A program made the translations under genes and the position numbers. A DNA stretch of 64,000 nt from contig NC_057710.1 in NCBI RefSeq assembly GCF_004010195.1, forward strand, positions 137,918,000 through 137,981,999. Direction: 5' to 3'. This DNA is from Chiloscyllium plagiosum (Eukaryota). The notes beneath the pieces were generated by a model, which had not been told where the DNA came from, did no database searches, and saw only the letters and a program-made list of their open reading frames with translations. Shown here in pieces: positions 24,667-37,391 of this stretch; the first letter of the stretch is position 1; each line of letters starts with the position of its first letter.

Positions 24667-25892
24667 GTCATAGAGTCATAGAGACGTACAGCACGGAAAC
24701 AGACCCTTCAGTCCAACTGGTCCATGCCGACCAGATATCCCAACACAATCTAGTCCCACTCACCAGCACCTGGCCAATATCCCTCCAAACCCTTCCTATT
24801 CATATACCCATCCAGATGCCTTTTAAATGTTGCAATTGTACTAGCCTCCACGACTTCCTCTGGCAGCTCATTCCACACACACACACACACACACCATCCT
24901 CTTCATGAAAACATTGCCCCTTAGATTTCTTTGATATCTTTCCCCTCTAGTTCTGGACTCTCCCACCCCAGGGAAAAGACTTTGTCTATTTATCCTATCC
25001 ATGCCCCTCATGATTTTATAAACCCCTATAAGGTCACTCCTCAGCCTCCGATGCTCCAGGGAAAACAGACCGAGCATATTCAACCTCTCCCTATAGCTCA
25101 AATCCTCCAACCCTGGCAACATCCTTGTAAATTTTTTTCTGAACCCTTTCATATCCATGCCCCTCATGATTTTATAAACCCCTATAAGGTCACTCCTCAG
25201 CCTCCAACACTCCACGGAAAACAGACCAAGCATTTTCAACCGCTCCCTATAGCTCAAATCCTCCAACCCTGGCAACATCCTTGTAAATTTTTTTCTGAAC
25301 CCTTTCAAGTTTCACAACATCTTTCCGATAGGAAGGAGACTAGAATTGTACGCAATATTCCAACAGTAGCCTAACCAATGTCCTGTGCAGCCGCAACATG
25401 ACCTCCCAACTCCTGTACTCAATACTCTGACCAATAAAGGACAGCATACCAAACACCTTCTTCATTATCCTATCTACCTGTGACTCCACTTTCAAGGAGC
25501 TATGAACCTGCACACCAAGGTCTCTTTGTCAGCAACACTCCCGAGGACCTTACTATTACGTGTAAAGTCCTGCTAAGATTTGCTTTCCCGAAATGTAGCA
25601 CCTCACATTTATCTAAATTAAAATCCATCTGCCACTTCTCAGCCCATTGGCCCATCTGATCAAGATCTCATTTTAATCTGAGGTAACTTTCCTTGCTGTC
25701 CACGACACCTCCAATTTTGGTGTCATCTGCAAACTTACTAATTATACCTCTTATATAAATGATTAAATCTAATCTTGTGATCCTTGTGGCACTCCACTGA
25801 TCACAGGCCTCCAATCTGATAAGCAACCTTCCACCACCACCCTCTGTCTTCTACCTTTGAGCCAGTTCTGTATCCAAATGGCTAGTTCTCCC
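24667..25892 (-). mobile_element. Younger CR1 3' fragment nested in the older CR1; contains a 156-bp tandem duplication
   Basis: Begins with the tail gtcatagagtcatagag; similar to 14004-15226; duplicated unit 24997-25152/25153-25307. Confidence 0.88.
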
Positions 25893-26711
25893 CAGAAAAT
25901 TAAAATCTCCTACCATTACTACCCTTTTATTCTTACAGATAACTGAGATCTCCTTACAAATGTACTTCTCAATTCCTTATGGTTACACTAGCATTGTGAT
26001 TACTGGACCATTAGAGGCCTGCATTTATGATCTAGAGACAACAACATAAATCCAATTGGGAAGCTTTCATTTATTTTATGACATAGATTTGGAATATGAA
26101 GTTAGTTTTAATAACAATGACATGAAACTGTCAGGTGTAAATGCCTATCCAGTTTATTTTGCCATCTGGGGGAGGAAATCTGCCATGCTAACCTCTTCTG
26201 GACATGAATGACTCCCAGTCTGATTAATTTGTAACTGAGCTATGGCATGGCCTCACAAGCCACTTTTTTAACCAAACTGCAAATCAGTGGCTCAAGAAAG
26301 TGACCTAAAATCAACTTCTCAAACAGAGTATCAAAGGGCACTGAAAACTGGCATTGGCAGTTATGCCCACAGCTCATGATGAATAAGAAATGAGGCAACG
26401 TGAGCATTGCACACAGCCAGTTATGGTGATTTAGAATACAGTTCCTGAACCAACAGCAGCATTCAAGAGGAAATTGAATGAATGTTTGAAAGGAAAGCAA
26501 TGCATGACTGTAGGGCAAGAGCAGGAGTGTGTGATTAATAGAATAGCCCTATCATAGACTGGATACAGACTCAATGGACTAAATAGTCTCATTATGTTCT
26601 GCATGACTCTATGATTCTCAATCACAAATATTCTGAAGTCCATACATAATAATTTACTATACAGTATAATCAAAGAAATATAAAACAAGTTGATATTTGA
26701 TCATTTTTTAC

Positions 26712-26770
26712 CTTCCTATCATTTGAAAAGCTTGAATGATATCCTTTGCATGGAACCAAAGGAAATACAC
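26712..26770 (-). CDS. OTOP1: Otopetrin-1 coding exon 3 (VYFLWFHAKDIIQAFQMIGR)
   Basis: Acceptor ttttcag|GTG, donor AAG|gtaaaa; 59 nt; conserved VYFLWxHAKDIIQ motif. Not in the ORF track. Confidence 0.95.
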
Positions 26771-26866
26771 CTGAAAATAAATAATGTTGTTTAAATTCAC
26801 ATTGAATATACTGACACCACTCACTGATAATAATTAAAAAAACAAAATGTAGGTAAATATACTGAC

Positions 26867-27003
26867 CTGTGAGAGAGTGTGCACTGCGTGGATGGCAGGA
26901 TAGACACCTTTGACGGCTGTGAGACAACTTGAATATCCAACGTAGTATCCAATTTTAAACATATCCAGAACTAAACTCAAGGTGGCAAATAAGGTTAAAC
27001 CCC
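26867..27003 (-). CDS. OTOP1: Otopetrin-1 coding exon 2 (GLTLFATLSLVLDMFKIGYYVGYSSCLTAVKGVYPAIHAVHTLSQ)
   Basis: Acceptor ttattag|GG, donor CAG|gtcagt; 137 nt, phase 1 to 0, frame-compatible with exons 1 and 3. Confidence 0.95.
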
Positions 27004-27556
27004 CTAATAATGAAAGGTACCTTATTTTAAGCTCGAGGGAAAGACAAACTGATCCAAAATCCGAAACACATTCCTCCCGAGTGATCATATTTTCAGGATG
27101 TCTTTATCTATTTGTCCCAGTTCTTTAAATTCAGAACTAATGTGTAAAATTATTTATAATCATCACTATCAAATACATTGCGTTTACATGGTCTGCGCCA
27201 AATTCTCTTCCCCCACCCCCGACCAACGCACGAGGGCTTTATTGATGCAGAATCTGTTAAAACTAAGCTCTTACTCGACTGACCGGTGAACAGAACTCTG
27301 GCACACTGCTCCAGATAACTTAAATAAGGCATTCGATTCCAATAGAATCAGTTTGAAATAGCGCCACACAGGTAATACACTGCTCATAATAACCTAGTCA
27401 TTACTGATGGGAATTACAAACCTAATGCCTAAACATTCTATAGAAAGTTCCCAATCAAATTCGTTTAATAGCGACTTTACATTTTTAGAATGCATCCAAT
27501 ACGAGAAATCGCGACCTATGTTGTTTAAAAACGTGTTTTAGCCTGACATCCTGTAC

Positions 27557-27923
27557 CTCTCAACCACCTTGGTCCGGCGTGTTCATCTTTCTCGGTGAGC
27601 AGCACTCTTTTTCCATGCCTTCTGGAGAAGTACCAGAGCATCCAGGCCAGTTGTATCGCCATGAGGGTGCTGAGGTAGGCGAGGATGTGTTCCTGGGTCA
27701 CTCCGGCTCTGTGAAATGTCCCCGCCAGCATCAGCACCAAGCCCAGCACAAACACGTTGATACCGTACTGGGCACTCAGGATGACAGCCTGCTTCAGGGG
27801 CTGGTTGGCTGAGAAAGAGCTGCTAAACTCTGTGAAACTCTGATCTCCCACTGCCCCAGCCTGGCTGGTTACAGGGCGCCGCTGACAGTGACCCAAAATC
27901 TCAAATCCGCATCTTTCAGTCAT
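27557..27923 (-). CDS. OTOP1: Otopetrin-1 proton channel, coding exon 1 (MTERCGFE...KDEHAGPRWLRG)
   Basis: Translation contains LSAQYG, QLAWMLWY and KDEHAGPRWLRG, typical of the otopetrin N-terminal region. ATG at 27923; donor AGAG|gtacag after 27557 (367 nt, phase 1). The start codon is less certain than the donor. Confidence 0.9.
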
Positions 27924-27979
27924 CTCCAGACGCCGAGGAATCCTGGTCTGGAAAGACAACAACCTTTCAATAATGCTGA

Positions 27980-27985
27980 TTTATA
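27980..27985 (-). promoter_or_regulatory. Candidate proximal TATA box (TATAAA) for OTOP1
   Basis: ggggtTATAAAtcag about 57 nt upstream of the exon-1 ATG. Confidence 0.4.
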
Positions 27986-28786
27986 ACCCCTCCAATTGTA
28001 AGTACCTTCCTGTTAAAAGAAAATAATGTCATCTTCAATAAATATGAAGTACAGTTCAACAGCGCCCACTGACAAAAGGTACAGGTGGGTCCATTTATTT
28101 GGATATTGAAAGGGCTCATGTGGAGCAGAGGTAGTGACTCTATCTCTGAGCCAGGAGGTTTCCTAGTCCCAATTGTTGCTCCAGAGGTGTCTAACAATAT
28201 CTCTAAACTGATTAATTAGAACAACTCTATTTGGATACTGAAGTTTCTTGAACTGCAGTAACTTTCATTATACTTAATCCTGTTCAACACTTCTTTGTTA
28301 GATATTGCACATAAACTAACGCTACTCTTCTGTTTTCATACATTTCGTTTGCAGCGGGTATTCCTCACTGAGACCTGGATTCTCACTCCATCAGACTACA
28401 TTTCACACGCTGTGCAGCTTCAATGGTTAGGCAGAAATTTTACCTAAACTCTTACTCTTGTGTGGAGACCGATACTCTTGATAATACAGAAGAGCAATGT
28501 TGCATTGTTCTGTGCCTGCGCATGAATTTTTATACCGAGGTGCCCTCTAATAGTGAGGTGGAGGCGTCATTACGAGTTTGCAAAATGTACATGGGTCGGA
28601 CAATGTCTTCTTTCCGTCTCGTGTCAGAGATCCTGCTCGCTGGAAACCACCCATCTTCCCATTTTCCCCTGATCATGTTCAGTTAGTGTACATTCACAAA
28701 CTTACGTAAAATCCACGTTTTATTGAACATACTGGCAATATTCTTTAGGTTTTAACGATTGTTATCAAAACTACCCTATTACTTAC

Positions 28787-28804
28787 CTCGGGGATTGTGC
28801 TCAT
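28787..28804 (-). CDS. OTOP1: Putative alternative upstream OTOP1 coding mini-exon (MSTIPE)
   Basis: ATG AGC ACA ATC CCC GAG|gtaagt (consensus donor). Joins in frame to acceptor tctttccag|ACC at 27947. TATATAAA at about 29009-29016 upstream. Confidence 0.45.
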
Positions 28805-30573
28805 AATGTGATTTTATAATTGCATGTGATGCTGATCTTAATGCTGGTATTCACTTTGTGGAAAGGACAGTTCTATTGGTGTCAGGACGTGTTAAGACCT
28901 CTCTACTTTATCATAGAGATCTACAGCACAGAAAATGTGTGCATCTCAAATAGACCGATTTAAGATAAATCGGAGCCTTACGTAATTCCTGCCTCGCTCC
29001 TTCCTTTTTTTATATAGAGAGAGGCTCCATAAGCCGATAGCAGACAGAAGGAAGTCTGCCAAACTGAGTAACCAGCTGTCTCTGTCCAATGGTGAGACAG
29101 ACCTGTGGTCTTCTTTTTGGACTGAGGTTAATTCGCTCAGTTTACTAAAGGGCGGCGGATTTCGATTGTCAGGCTGCATTAGGCACCACTTTCCCATCGT
29201 GCAAAATTCTGAATTACCCATTGACCTGCCTGTGGGGACCCGGGGGAGGCAAATGATTACGACAGTTTTAATTAGATTTTTAAAAACACTGCAATCGAAC
29301 CCTGTATCAAATTGACAGAAAAAAAACATTGATATTACAGTATCAACTCAAACCCAGGTCACTCATAAAACACACTTACGGATAAACATCTAGTTAGAAT
29401 CACAGGAATGTGCGGCATGGAAACAAATCCTTCGGTCCAACTCGTCCATGCCGAGTTCTATTAAACATTGGTCCCTTACAAGATGCGGCTGAAGAATTAG
29501 TATTAGGAAACATGAAATGATAGACTATGAACAAGTATTTTGCACCTGCCTTCAAGGTAGGAGACATTTAAAACATATTGAATATAGCCGAAAATTAATG
29601 ATAAGTGGAGCAAAGGAACTTTAAATAATCACTAGCACTAGAGAAAAAAGTGAGAAAAACTATTAGGTCTAAAAGTTGACAAGGTCTCTGGACCTGATGC
29701 CCTGCATCCTAGGGTCTTAAAAGTGTGCTTGCAAAAAATATTGGAAACATTGATTGTAATCTTTCAAAATTCCCTAGGTTCTGAAGAAGTTTCAGTGGAT
29801 TGGACAACTGGAAATGTCTTGACTATGGAAAGAAGGTAAGTATTAGCCAGTTAGATTAAAATCTCTGTGGGAAAGAGCTGATCATTTTTCACTTCTGTAT
29901 ATAGATCTCATCCTTTATTATTAGAGCCACACCATCACCTGTTCATTATTTCTTTCATTTTTGTGAACAGTTTTTATTTGTGTTTTAAATTGTGTTTTGA
30001 AATGAGGAAGTAACTAGCTTAAAACCAAGGATTACTGCATGATTTGCTATCAAGTAACTTGATACTCATTGTGAACAACAAGTTCCTGATGAAGTGGAAC
30101 TGAATGGTTGTGTACAGAGATTCCGCTGGCATCAAGGAGCGGATTGATTTGTAAATGTGTGGCCAGTTACCAACAACTAAGGTCTCCTGCCTGCCATCAG
30201 TTAAGTGATTGGTTCTGAGCTAGCAGAACATTTTGGATTGTGAACAAGATAGGGAGAACCCATCAGATCATCACTAACATTTAAAAAAACTCTGTTCTCT
30301 GCAGTAAATCATGTTAATCCAGAAGACTAATTTATGTTTTCAACAACAGTTGCTGTGGGCCATGACTACTAATGTCAAGACATTTTATACCTGAACCCCA
30401 GCCACCCAGTTTCTCTTGCAAACTGGTAATGCACCCATAAGACCACTGAGGAGCAGCATTCTGATCATCACAAGAATAATTTGAGCGACCATGTGAACAG
30501 GAACCACTGAATTGCCTTCCAAGTTTTTCCCTCCAACCATAATCCATGATTCATTTTGAGTCTGTTGGGCTTT

Positions 30574-30692
30574 CTGATGAAGGGCTTTTGCCTGAAACGT
30601 CTATTTTCCTGCTCCTCGGATGCTGCCTGGCCTGCTGCTCTTTTCCAGCACCACTCCCATCTCCAGTATCTGCAGTACTCACCTCCGCCTAG
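30574..30692 (+). mobile_element. Family-A PLE terminus beginning at its hammerhead core
   Basis: CTGATGAagggcttttgcctGAAACGTC (30574-30601) followed by ggatgctgcc...ttttccagcaccact...ctgcag. Confidence 0.8.
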
Positions 30693-31530
30693 AGTTTCAA
30701 TTAGTCAAGTTATGTTCCGATGGCTCATAATTGTCAACCAGTTGCAAGGGCCTATTTACTTGAATAGCTATTCTTGTTAAGTACAGAAATGTGGTCTGTG
30801 CTTTGCCAACCTGTGTCTAAAAGACAGATAAATTTCCCAATTTACCTATCTTAATATTTAATTTCTGCAAAACTCCAGGACTCGTTGGGCAGAAGGACCT
30901 GTTTCCACACTGTAGAGAATCTAATCTAATCTAATCAAGGTTTTCTTTCCAGTGCTCTACTCCAGTGAGTCATAACATTTTGAAGTGTCAAATACCATTC
31001 ATATTCAAATTCCTGCCATGATCACTTTGCAACTGTCTCTCTGTAACGGCTAATATATCAAGTTAATTTACATCTGGTTATGTTATCGATACTTTAATTC
31101 TTACAGGATTGAGGGAAAGAACTTGAGTTTTTCAAAAATCATTGTTCCCTATTTTGGCAACAATTGCTGATGCATTTGTTTGTGCAATCTGCTCCTACCT
31201 ACCACCCTCTGGTTATCATTATATACATCATTACCCTGCATGTTTGCCTTGTTTTGCTAAACTTTCTAAATCACTTCTCACTTGAACACACTATCATTTA
31301 ACTTAAAGACCTCTACTGCCTTAGTTATGAGATTCACCAGTATACTCATCCCAATGCACCAAGTAAAAGAATTTGCTCCCTCTTTCCACAGTACAGATGC
31401 CAGTGTTCTATGTATCAAAACCCATTTCTCCCACACTAATCTTTGTGCCATGATTCATTGTTATTGACCTTATGGCAGTTTGCTCAGATAATGATCCAGA
31501 CATTGGTATCTTTGTATTTATTTTTAATTT

Positions 31531-31809
31531 TGTCTCTAGACATACATATTTCTTCAGCAGAACTTTTTTTCTCCTATGCAATTGGCATCCATGTCGACCA
31601 CAACAACTTTTCTCTCCTACACCAAGTTATTCTCTGGCTCTGAGATTTCTACAGCCTGGCATCAGGCAGTGTCTCTAGACATTCATATTTCTTCAGCAGA
31701 ACTTTTTTTTCTCCTATGCTATTGGCATCCATGTCGACCACAACAACTTTTCTCTCCTACACCAAGTTATTCTCTGGCTCTGAGATTTCTACAGCCTGGC
31801 ATCAGGCAG
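31531..31809. repeat. Near-perfect tandem duplication, 139/140-bp unit x2
   Basis: tgtctctagacat...atcaggcag starts at 31531 and again at 31670. Confidence 0.9.
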
Positions 31810-32609
31810 ACAATATAGCTTGCAGGAATCATGTTCTCAGCTTCAGCGAATAATGTCTATTCCCTTACTGTACCATTCCTTTACAGGTTCTCCACTTTGG
31901 GGTTTCAAGACTTGGGGCCATACTTTCAAGGTTAGAGGAGGGAGGTTTCAAAAAGGCACGAGGCTTTATTTATTAAACAAAGTGTTTCATGTGTGGAATA
32001 AACTTCCAGAGGATGTGGTGAATGCAGGTACAGTTACAGCATTTAAAAGACTTTTGGATAAGGACATAAATAAGGAATGTTTGGATGGATATGGGCCAAG
32101 CGCAGGCACATGGAATTAGTTTAGTTTGGGATTGTGTTTGGCACGGACTGGTTGGACCGAAGAGTCTGGTTTCTTTCTGTATGATTCTATATTCTCCTGA
32201 ACATCAGTGCTATAGGCAGTTTGCTTATTCTGCCTACTCTCATTCATACATATTGCAAGAACCTCAAATGTATCAGACAATTACAAGTCTATTCCAGTGC
32301 TTCCAACCAACTTCCTCTCTTACAGTTGCACTCTTACCCCTAACAACACAACAAATCTGAAATATGTAGATTAGGAAGTGCAACTACCTCCCAAAAAAGT
32401 TTACAGGGAACCTTTCCTATCCAGATAAATTGCAACATCTGAAGCTCAGTCTAACCCATCAACCTAGAGTTGAATTTTCTTGAACTGCAGCCATGTTTAG
32501 TATACCAAAATATTGTCCATTATTTAACAATTCACATTCACTGATTATACATTACCATAAACGAGTGACAAAAGACTACACATAACACTCAACAGTATAC
32601 TACATTCTC

Positions 32610-33490
32610 TTATTTTATTCACATTGGACATGGCATCACTGGCTGGGCCAGCATGTATTGCTATCCCGTTACCCTTGAGAACATGGTGGTGAGCAGCCTT
32701 CTCAAACCGCTGCAGTCCCTATATGCTGTAGATAAACCCACAATGCCACTAGGTAGGGAATTTCAGGATTTTGATCCAGCAACGCTGAAGCATAGCAATA
32801 TCTTTTCAAGTCAGGATGTTGAGTGACTTGGAGGGGAACTTGCAGATGGTGGTGTTCCTATGTATCTGCTGTCCTTCCAGGCAGAATTGCATTTGAAAGG
32901 TGCTGATGAGTCTTGAACTAATGCTACTAACAGTCAGTAGGTTAAGGTGTAGATATTTGCGGATGCGATGCCATCAAGCAGGCTGCCTTGTCTTGGATGG
33001 TGTTGAGCTTCTTGCATGTATTTTGGAGCTGCACTCATACAGGCCTGTTAGAGGCATTCCACCTCACTCCTGACTTGAGCCTTGTAAATAGTGGCCAGGC
33101 TTTGGGCCAGGAGCGGAGTTACTTGCTGCAGTATTTCGAGCCTCTGTCTGTTCTTGCAGTCAGACTGGTTCGGTCCAATTATTGATCAATGGTAACCTTC
33201 CAGGATGTTGATTGTGGGGGATTCAGTGATGGTAAGACCATTGAATATGAAGGGCCAAAGGGCAGATTTTCTCTTAAGGGACATGGTCATTGCTTGACGT
33301 GTGTCGCAAATGTATTTCACTTGTAAACTCGAGCCTGGATATTGTCCAGGTTATTGCTGCATTTGGACCTGGACTGCTTCAGTGTCTGAAGAGCTGAGTT
33401 GTCCTGAACATTGCACAATCATCAGTGAACATCCTCACTTCTAACCTTATGACAGAGGGAAAGCTGTCAATGAAGCAGCTGAAAATGGTT
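32610..33490. mobile_element. LINE-derived repeat of another family (related pieces at about 51840-52030 and, inverted, 53830-54350)
   Basis: Shared sequence ggtggtgagc(a/t)gccttct / cttggaggggaacttg between these loci; family not assigned. Confidence 0.5.
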
Positions 33491-34499
33491 TATGAAATAC
33501 TTAAATGTTTATATTCACTATTTCTTTCTGTATTACTACTTGTTTTATCTATTATTCTAATCAACCTGGTCAGAGACGTTATTCACACTTCTGAAGTGGG
33601 TGAGACTTGAACCTGAGCCTCCAGGTCCTGGGACACTACTACTGCACCACAGCACTAGGGATCCAGATTTGATTCCAGCCTTGGGTGACTCTGTGGAGTT
33701 TACGCATTCTGTCTGTGTAAGTTTCTGCTGGGTGCTCCAGTTTCCTCTTAAAATCCAAACACATGCAGGATAAGTGGATTGAACATGCTATGTTGCCTCA
33801 TAATATCCAGGGATAAAGAAACTGGATAGATTAGGCAAAGGAAATGCAGGGATAAGATCGGGGCTGGGTTTGGGTGGGATGTTCTTCAGAGAGTTGATGT
33901 GCCAAATTGTCTCCTTCCACACTGAAGGGATTCTATGATTCAATTTTCTACCATTTGTTTTTCCAAGATGGAATATTGGAGTGAAACTAATTATTAAAGA
34001 GCTCAACCTCATGCCTAAAAGATCACAGTTAAGATGAAAAAGGAAGCACAGGTCTAAGAAACTGAAAATGTCACTACAATCATTCTTCTGAAAGTAACCT
34101 GTTAACAAACGCCATTAGCAGCATTCCATGCAGGACTTTATTCAACAATTTTTAAACTAATAAATATTTATGCCTCTTTAGTGTCGGAAACCATCCAGAA
34201 ATTGTCAGTTTAAAATAAACTTTTTTGTTTTTAGCTTGGAGGTTAATTAACAAACTGTCCATTGTAGACCTTACATTGGAGAATATCCTGGTTGTAAGCT
34301 ACCACCAGCCTAGGAAGTCAACTTATAATAATATCCTGATAAGAAACAGCAATGATATAAATAAGCAGAATTTGAAAAAAAAGTGGCTGAGACAAAGAAT
34401 ATTACGAACATTAGAGGTATGGATACCAGTGTGAAAGCATACTATAGTTAAATGCATCCCCCTCCTCTTGTAGAACAAGTCATGCTGTCTATGAGCACA

Positions 34500-36430
34500 T
34501 ACAACAATTTTATTCATCAGATTTAATTATTCATTTGTGAAACGACCATACCAAAAAAAAATCAGATGAACATTATGTTAGCGTAGATACCTAGCTGAGA
34601 CAAACATTGTGGTTTTCTTGTTTCAGTTTTAATTCAAAAATGAGTAATAAAACTAGCAACATGTACATTTTAAATAAGAGTGAAAACAATTTTGTACACA
34701 AGTATTCCAGTTTTGATATTGCAACTTGATAACAAATTTACATATCAAACATATGCATGCTAAATTTTTAAGACTCTGCATACTCTCTCATGGAATTAGG
34801 TCAGAAGAAATAGCATGAAATACACTCATTCTTAGCATATTTGTTAGATGTCATCATTAATCACAATCACATGCCACACACAGTAAAATTTAAGTAATTT
34901 TCATACCTTTGAAGAATTTGTTTTGCAGATCTTTCTGCATCACATATCTGGCAGAGAAAACTAGTAGCTTGTAAAGTTCTGCCATTCCATAACAGGGAAT
35001 GGGGATGTACAATAGGTTGAAGTTGGTTCTGAAATTCTATAAAGACAACTTTATTCTGCTATTTCAAAATTGTTATAAAAGTGAGCAGTAATGGTACATC
35101 TGATCCACAAAACAAAATGCAGATCATTCATGTTACTCCACAGGATAGGAGGGGGAATTAACAAAAAAGTACAGCTGCTGATTAGGATGGTTCTTGCAGA
35201 AGACTGCAACCAGGATACCTTTCTGCTTTAAAAAATGCTATCATTGGAGTCAATAAAAATAAGAACAAATTAGAGGGTGTTTATGTTACTGAAGAGTTTA
35301 TAATATAGATAAGAAAAAGAAGCAATTTCCTTGATTGTGTCTGCCATCAGAGAGAGTCATCCGCTGGCAACACTTGCTCTCATTTCAGCCAGGTCTGAAG
35401 TCACATTTAAAAGGACATTATATTTGTTCATGATATTACAAAGATTTATTCAATTCTATAATTACACTTATTCACAGAATAACAATTATAATTTTTAAAT
35501 CTTGTACAAAAGCAATCTTGTTCTGCAAACTGAATCATAGATCATGGACAGATTCAAAAGGAGTGATAATAGTGAAATTCATTAAATGAAAGCTTTCCAT
35601 TTCAGTTACTTGATTATTTTATGTAACAATTACAGCCTCATGAAAGACAAGTTCTTTATTTACAGGAAACATCAAGCTGAGTTCTGAAATAAGAGAAAAA
35701 TGAAAGTTAGATCTTACAAACATTTCTATATATTCAGAAAAATGACAAGTTAATTGACAATTGCACAATTTTAGCAACTATGCTGCAATAAATGCACTTC
35801 CTTGACTCCTATTTAAAATGAAGTCATATTAAAGGAGTTGATTGATTGCCTTTGAAAAGTTACTCTGAAGCGTAATTGTGAGAAAAGTTGACAAGATTGA
35901 TGTATAAATAATTTCTCCAATCAGAACCAAAGCTGGTGGATTCTTAAGCATTGTGCTATGGATGGAAAGATATCTGATTCTCATGATGAATTCTTTCACG
36001 CTCCCAGATTCCAATCAGAAAAGTAGTGAGTGAAGGTCAGAGAGAACACCCAAAGATTTACAGAGAAAGAGACAGGTGACTTGTGGTGTACCTCCAAGTA
36101 TCTGATTCTATAAAACCATTGACAAAGAAAGTAGCTTGTCTCCTGCCTGCTATTCACTCTAGGTAACAATAGTTGACGTATGAGACAAACATAATGAACT
36201 GAGAGGTGAGGAGGACGAATTGACTTAGACAAATGCATCTCTTTATGATTAAAAGTTTAAACAGGAGATTCAGGGCTTTTAGTCTATGTACTTTGTTTGA
36301 TTTTCAAACGAAAGCAGCAACTATGCACGTATACTCTGTTCACTTCACGAAAGGATTTTGTTTCAACTTTTTTGATCCAAATTAAATGTCTGTGAACTGT
36401 GTGTTCCTTTAAAGCTACATAAATTAGTGA
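34500..36430 (-). other. TMEM128: Probable non-coding terminal (3' UTR) exon of TMEM128
   Basis: Donor CAG|gtaagt 7 nt after the stop (39081/39080). Strong acceptor ttttcactcttttcatttcag| at 36431, followed by about 2 kb of repeat-poor AT-rich sequence with several AATAAA (e.g. 35050-35055, 34509-34514). The 3' end is uncertain. Confidence 0.5.
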
Positions 36431-36489
36431 CTGAAATGAAAAGAGTGAAAAGCCACCAATATTAGAAGAATGTATGGGCAGTAAACTTA

Positions 36490-37391
36490 TGTTAATTTAT
36501 AGAAATGATTTGGATGTTATTACAGAAGGCATGGTTAGTAAGTTTGTAGATGACACCAAAACAGGTGGTTTGGTCAAGAGTGAATCTTTTGTACAATGGG
36601 ACCTTGAGCAGATGGGTCAATGGGCTGACGAGTGGCAGATAGAGTTTAATTTAGATAAATGTAAGGTGTTCATTTTGGTAAGGCAAGCCTTATACACTTA
36701 ATGGTAGGGCCCTGGGAGAGTTGCTGAATGACCTTGGAGTGCAGTTTTATGGTTGCTTGAAAGAGGAATCACAGGTAGATAGAATGGTGAAGGCGACATT
36801 TGGCATGCTTTCCTTTATTGGTCAGAACACTGAGTATGAGAGTTTGGACGTCATGTTGTGGCTGTACAGAACATTGGTGAGGCCACATTTTGAATTGAGC
36901 ATACAATCCTGGTTGCCTTCTATAGGAAGAATGTTGTTAAACTTGAGAGCGTGCAGAAAAGGTGTATAAGGATATTGCCATGATTGGAGGGTTGAGGCTG
37001 TAGGGAGAGACTGAATAGGCTGGGGCATATTTTCCCTAGGCATGTCGGAGGCTGAAGTTTATAAAATCATGAAAGGCATGGATAGGGTGAATAGCTGAGA
37101 CATTTTTCAGAGGGTCGGGGAGTCCAAAAGGTAGAGGGCATAGGTTTAAGGGAGGGGAAATATTTAAAAAGGACCTGTGGGCTAGCTTTTTCATGCAGTG
37201 GTGCATGTATGGAACGAGCTGCCAGAGGAAGTGGTGGAGGTGGATACAATTAAACATTTCAAAGGCATCTGGATGGGTATATGAAGGATTTAGAGGGATA
37301 TGGGCAAAATGCTGGTAATTGGGACTGGGTCAGATTGGGATATCAGGTCAGCATGGACGAGTTGGATCGAAGGTATGAATCTGTGACTCTA
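36490..37391 (+). mobile_element. CR1 LINE 3' fragment
   Basis: SKFVDDTK, QWADEWQIEFN, LYRTLVRPH fragments. Confidence 0.85.
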
